A stretch of DNA of 64,000 nucleotides from Podarcis filfolensis (Eukaryota), in NCBI GenBank assembly GCA_964270895.1, contig OZ185435.1. One strand, 5' to 3'. The translations under genes and the position numbers were made by a program. The notes under the pieces were generated by a model. That model searched no databases and was not told the DNA's origin. It saw nothing but the letters and a program-made list of their open reading frames with translations. Within the stretch, counting starts at the first letter, position 1. Each line of letters opens with the position of its first letter. Shown one piece after another: positions 60,501 to 64,000 of the stretch.

Positions 60501-63500
60501 AGAATAGGAATTAAAAGATGAAGAGGTGAAGGAAGTTATGAGTAAGTGGGCCACAGATATAGGCCACATGATTTGTTTAGATCAATGGGAGAAATTATGG
60601 AAATATGATATCAAATTCACAGCCTGTGTCACAATCAGAGAAAATATAATGAAAATGATATATCAATGGTATTTAACCGCGGTCAAATTGGCAAAAATTT
60701 ATAAATCAAAATCTAATTTGTGCTGGAGATATAAAACAGAGATAGGAACCATGTATCATATGTGGTGGGAGTGTGTGTATATTAAAAAATTTTCAGTAAC
60801 ATTCAAGAGGAACTTAAAAAAATGCTTAAAATATCATGTAAAAAACCCCAGAGGCGTTCCTCTTGGGAATTATATCGACTGACATTCCTGCCACTAGGAA
60901 AAAAGTTTTCTTATATGCAACTGCTGCGGCCAGAATGATTATAGCAAAAAATTGGAAGGGAGAAAAAACTCCCTCAATAAAAGAATGGCAAATAAGATTT
61001 TGTGAATATATAGATCCAGCAAGACTTACAGCAGTGGTAAGAGGCCAATCAGACCAAAACTGATAGAGGAGTGGACTTGCGTGAAGGAATACATCAAAAA
61101 ACATTGTTCTGGTATTAATATATCAATATGCAATGAATGAAACTTATAGAGTAAAAAATTAAGAAGAAATGGGTATAAGATGAGATAGTCAAAAATAATA
61201 GTGATAACACAGCGAAAAGAAGAAAAGAAATAAAGGAAGCCACACATAGGTGGAGGGAAGTCAAGATTTATGTTTGTATGTTTTGTTTGTTTGTTTTCTT
61301 TTTTGTAATCTAAATTGAGAGGTGTGTGTATCTATGTATAAAGTTTGTTTAGCGTTCTGTTTTGTGTTTGTAAGTATTGCATTTATCAATAAGTTTTTTT
61401 AAAAAATAATTAAGATTTAACTCTCTCCTTGCAGCTGTGGCACAATTCCACACTCCAGGATGCTCCACAGGAGAAGTGGGGAACCTGTGGCATTCCAGGT
61501 GATACTGGACTACATTTCTCATATTCCATTACCATTGGCAATTCTGGTTGGGGCTGGAGTCCAGCAACATAGGGAAGTTCACAGGTTGCCCACTGATGCC
61601 CTGGACTCAAGTGTGACTTGGCAGTCACCTAAAGTTGACTGATTTGTTCAGACAGTTGAGGGATTTGCCATGGCTCAGGAAAATTAGAGGCACACATGCA
61701 GAGTCTCTTCTAGCCTGCAAACAAGTTAAAACAGTTTTTCTTCGGGAGAATGAGTTTTCAGGTTTGCACATACTATTTTTCTCCCACCTTCTTCTCTCCA
61801 AAGAACTCAAGGTGAGGTACAGTACGTGTTCGTGGTCCTCCCTTCCTGCTATTTATTCTCATAACAACTCTATGTGGTAGGCCAGGATGAGGGATAATGG
61901 GTTCTATCTGATTATGTCATACTGACAGTGGACACACTGCAATCAATGGAATTAAATTATTCTGAGTATGACTCAGTCGGATACAAGCCAATGAATGACC
62001 CAAGGTCATCTAGTAGACTTCATGGCAGACCATGGATTTGAACTCTTCTAAGTCCAGTATGCTATAGTCACTATTTATCAGAATGTATTCTCAAAGCTTA
62101 TGTGATACTTTTCATTAGCAAAAATATTGATGCAGTTCACAATACACAAAATCCATTAAAATCAAGTAAAACAAACAATTAAAATCAAGTAAAAACATTA
62201 TTGCAATAACCACAGTAACTGGAACAACAGAAACTGGTGACATTGTCAGGAAATGCCAGGGGAAAGAGACAGGTCTTCAACAGTTGGTGGAAACATCCCA
62301 GTTTTGGAACCCATCCACCCTGGAATGCATTCCATTGAGCAGATGCTACAATAGAAAAGGCCCTTCTCCAGACCCCAGCCAACCAAACCTCAGTAACTCA
62401 TGGTACTATCAGCCAATGCAACATCTGACTGAGGAGTTCATAACGTAGTTTGTAAGTCTGGGGTCAGATTGCTGCTTCAAGTGACTATCAAATAACTCTA
62501 ATGGGCCCATGGTTCTCAAAGTTCTCTTCCTCTGTACAATTGCTATTTTCACAACGACAATGACCACTATGTGAATCAAGCTATTTGGCTGGATCCAGAC
62601 TACCCATGGGCAGAACTGCAGCTACGAGTCAAAGAATCTTCCAGGACAGCATGGACAGCTGTGCCGTGACCTGCAAGGGGAACAGGCAAAAACAGCTTCC
62701 TCCCTGCTTCCTTCCTCCAGCAGGAGCCTCTGCTGGATCTTGGCTCCTTCTACAAACAGAAGGAATCCTATCATTGACTAAAGGACAACTTGGGATCCAA
62801 CCTATTGTTGGGCCACTGCTGGTTTATTTTATTTTATTTATTTTATTTTATTTATATACTGCCCTTCATCATAAGATCTCAGGGCAGTTCACAGAATAAA
62901 ATACAGGATAAAAACATGAACATAAATAAACAAAACAGCAAAACAATAAAACAGACCCTATATCCCAAGACATTATGCCATATCAAAATGCTTTCTGAAG
63001 TAGAAGACAAAGAAATGAAAAGAACCCATTACCTGCCACTTCCACAATCTGGTGTCTAGCAATGTCGTAGTATGGGTCATCCCATCGTAAGTGAGTGACA
63101 GGGTCAGGGGAGCCCTTGAAGTCATCTACATTTTAAAATAAAGGGGATGGGGTGAGAGGAAAATGCAGAGAACATAAAAACCAGCACAGCTATACGAAGA
63201 TACAAAAACACAGAGAAGGGATCAGGTATATCACAGAACCAGAAGGAACTCTGATGAATAGCATTAGTTTTGTGCAATTGTTCATTTTACGTTCAATACA
63301 AAACATCGCATGCATTCAGACCGATTGTGCTAGCTTATTTGTCAATATTTGCCTCAAATGTATAAACACACCATTAGTGGAAAGTAATCAATGATCTAAA
63401 ATTCTCCACTACAGAATTCCACATTCATCCACTAGAATACACTATTTACACTGCACAGACAGACAGATACTTCTCTGGCATATAAGGTCTGTAGCATTCT

Positions 63501-64000
63501 ATGCTCTCACCACCCCATTTAGATAATATCTACACCCCAGTTTAGATACAGGGGCTAACTAGTACTTCTGCAGCATCTTAAAGAGGAAAGAGACGCAGAC
63601 AGGCAAAGACCTCAGAGAATGCTCCACTAGACTACCCTTGCCCCCACAGGGCTATATACAACTATCATGCAAGAACATAACACAAAAAGAACCTGCTGAA
63701 CCCTGAATCTTGTTATTTTTCCACTTATTTATTATGTTATCAATTATTTTGATATCATTTGGGTGCTGCCTATCCTGAAAGTCTGGATATAAATAAATCT
63801 AATAAATAAAAAGCTATTAAAGGTATATTTTAAGATTAGTGCTGCAGGATATAGATTCCTTTCTAGTCATTTCATTGCTAGTAAAAGTACTCACCTGACT
63901 TAGGAAAAACAGGCACTTCATCTGGTGGCCAGTTCTTATCATCTAGAGAGGCCAATTTGAGCTGATTAAGGGATTCATTGGTATCCTCCAAACTCAGGTC
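45506..64000 (-). CDS. ARHGAP1: Rho GTPase-activating protein 1 (Cdc42GAP/p50RhoGAP), 5'-truncated by the window edge; coding exons 64000-63895 (partial), 63125-63033, 51044-50957, 50636-50505, 50400-50314, 49159-49061, 48421-48314, 48075-47999, 47611-47534, 46960-46832, 46390-46287, 45685-45506
   Basis: All junctions are GT-AG and phase-consistent; 1281 nt = 426 aa plus stop. Reads [28 protein letters not shown]..., then the BCH/CRAL-TRIO domain ([25 protein letters not shown]...[14 protein letters not shown]), the Pro-rich TPPRPPLP, and the RhoGAP domain with arginine finger EGIFRRSA and [16 protein letters not shown]. Ends FQSLEA*. Confidence 0.97.
46482..46689. mobile_element. Tigger-like MITE in an ARHGAP1 intron
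   Basis: Right end is CCAAGGTACGACTG|TA; the left end is degenerate (TAGTCATAACATTGGATCCC). Confidence 0.7.
60230..61410 (+). mobile_element. 5'-truncated L1-clade LINE (~1.2 kb), antisense in the long ARHGAP1 intron
   Basis: Broken ORF2 C-terminus (WLQYYQI; [12 protein letters not shown]; [18 protein letters not shown]; [17 protein letters not shown]), 3' UTR with GGAGGGAAGTCAAG, and an A-rich end. Confidence 0.85.
61780..62090 (-). mobile_element. MIR-like SINE fragments; another at ~49940-50120
   Basis: CTCATAACAACTCTATGTGGTAGG and CCCAAGGTCATCTAG...GGATTTGAACTC are MIR-core-like motifs. Confidence 0.5.

Noticed and set aside
60226-61063. Three adjacent plus-strand ORFs suggesting a gene
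   Set aside because: They are stop- and frameshift-broken pieces of L1 ORF2.
1-64000. tRNA, rRNA, snoRNA, CRISPR arrays, viral or prokaryotic systems
   Set aside because: None recognised. This is intron-rich vertebrate DNA, and the tRNA-like boxes belong to SINEs. A covariance-model search (Infernal/Rfam) would be needed to exclude small intronic RNAs.

Overview
This is vertebrate genomic DNA, most likely a lacertid lizard, judged from a Sauria SINE and squamate MITE, CR1, RTE and L1 fragments. It holds the conserved AMBRA1(-)/HARBI1(-)/ATG13(+)/ARHGAP1(-) block. I reconstructed the following by hand, with GT-AG sites and consistent reading frames: HARBI1, a domesticated PIF/Harbinger transposase (2 coding exons, 348 aa); ATG13 (17 coding exons including two in-frame cassette exons, 550 aa with both); and ARHGAP1 (12 coding exons, 426 aa inside the window, start codon just beyond position 64000). 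The CpG island at ~4.9-6.0 kb is probably the AMBRA1 promoter and non-coding first exon, assigned by synteny only. The CpG island at ~15.0-16.2 kb is the head-to-head HARBI1/ATG13 promoter. I found no new protein-coding system. The best leads are regulatory: a uORF-laden ATG13 leader with uORFs overlapping the start codon, a UPRE plus E-box composite in ATG13 intron 1, a young hAT MITE with a perfect TSD at the promoter edge, a CTCF site with its upstream module, an AG|GTGAGT dual splice site in HARBI1, RBFOX/QKI motifs around the ATG13 cassette exons, and microRNA sites in the ARHGAP1 3' UTR. Orthologue comparisons rely on recalled sequences, not on computed alignments.
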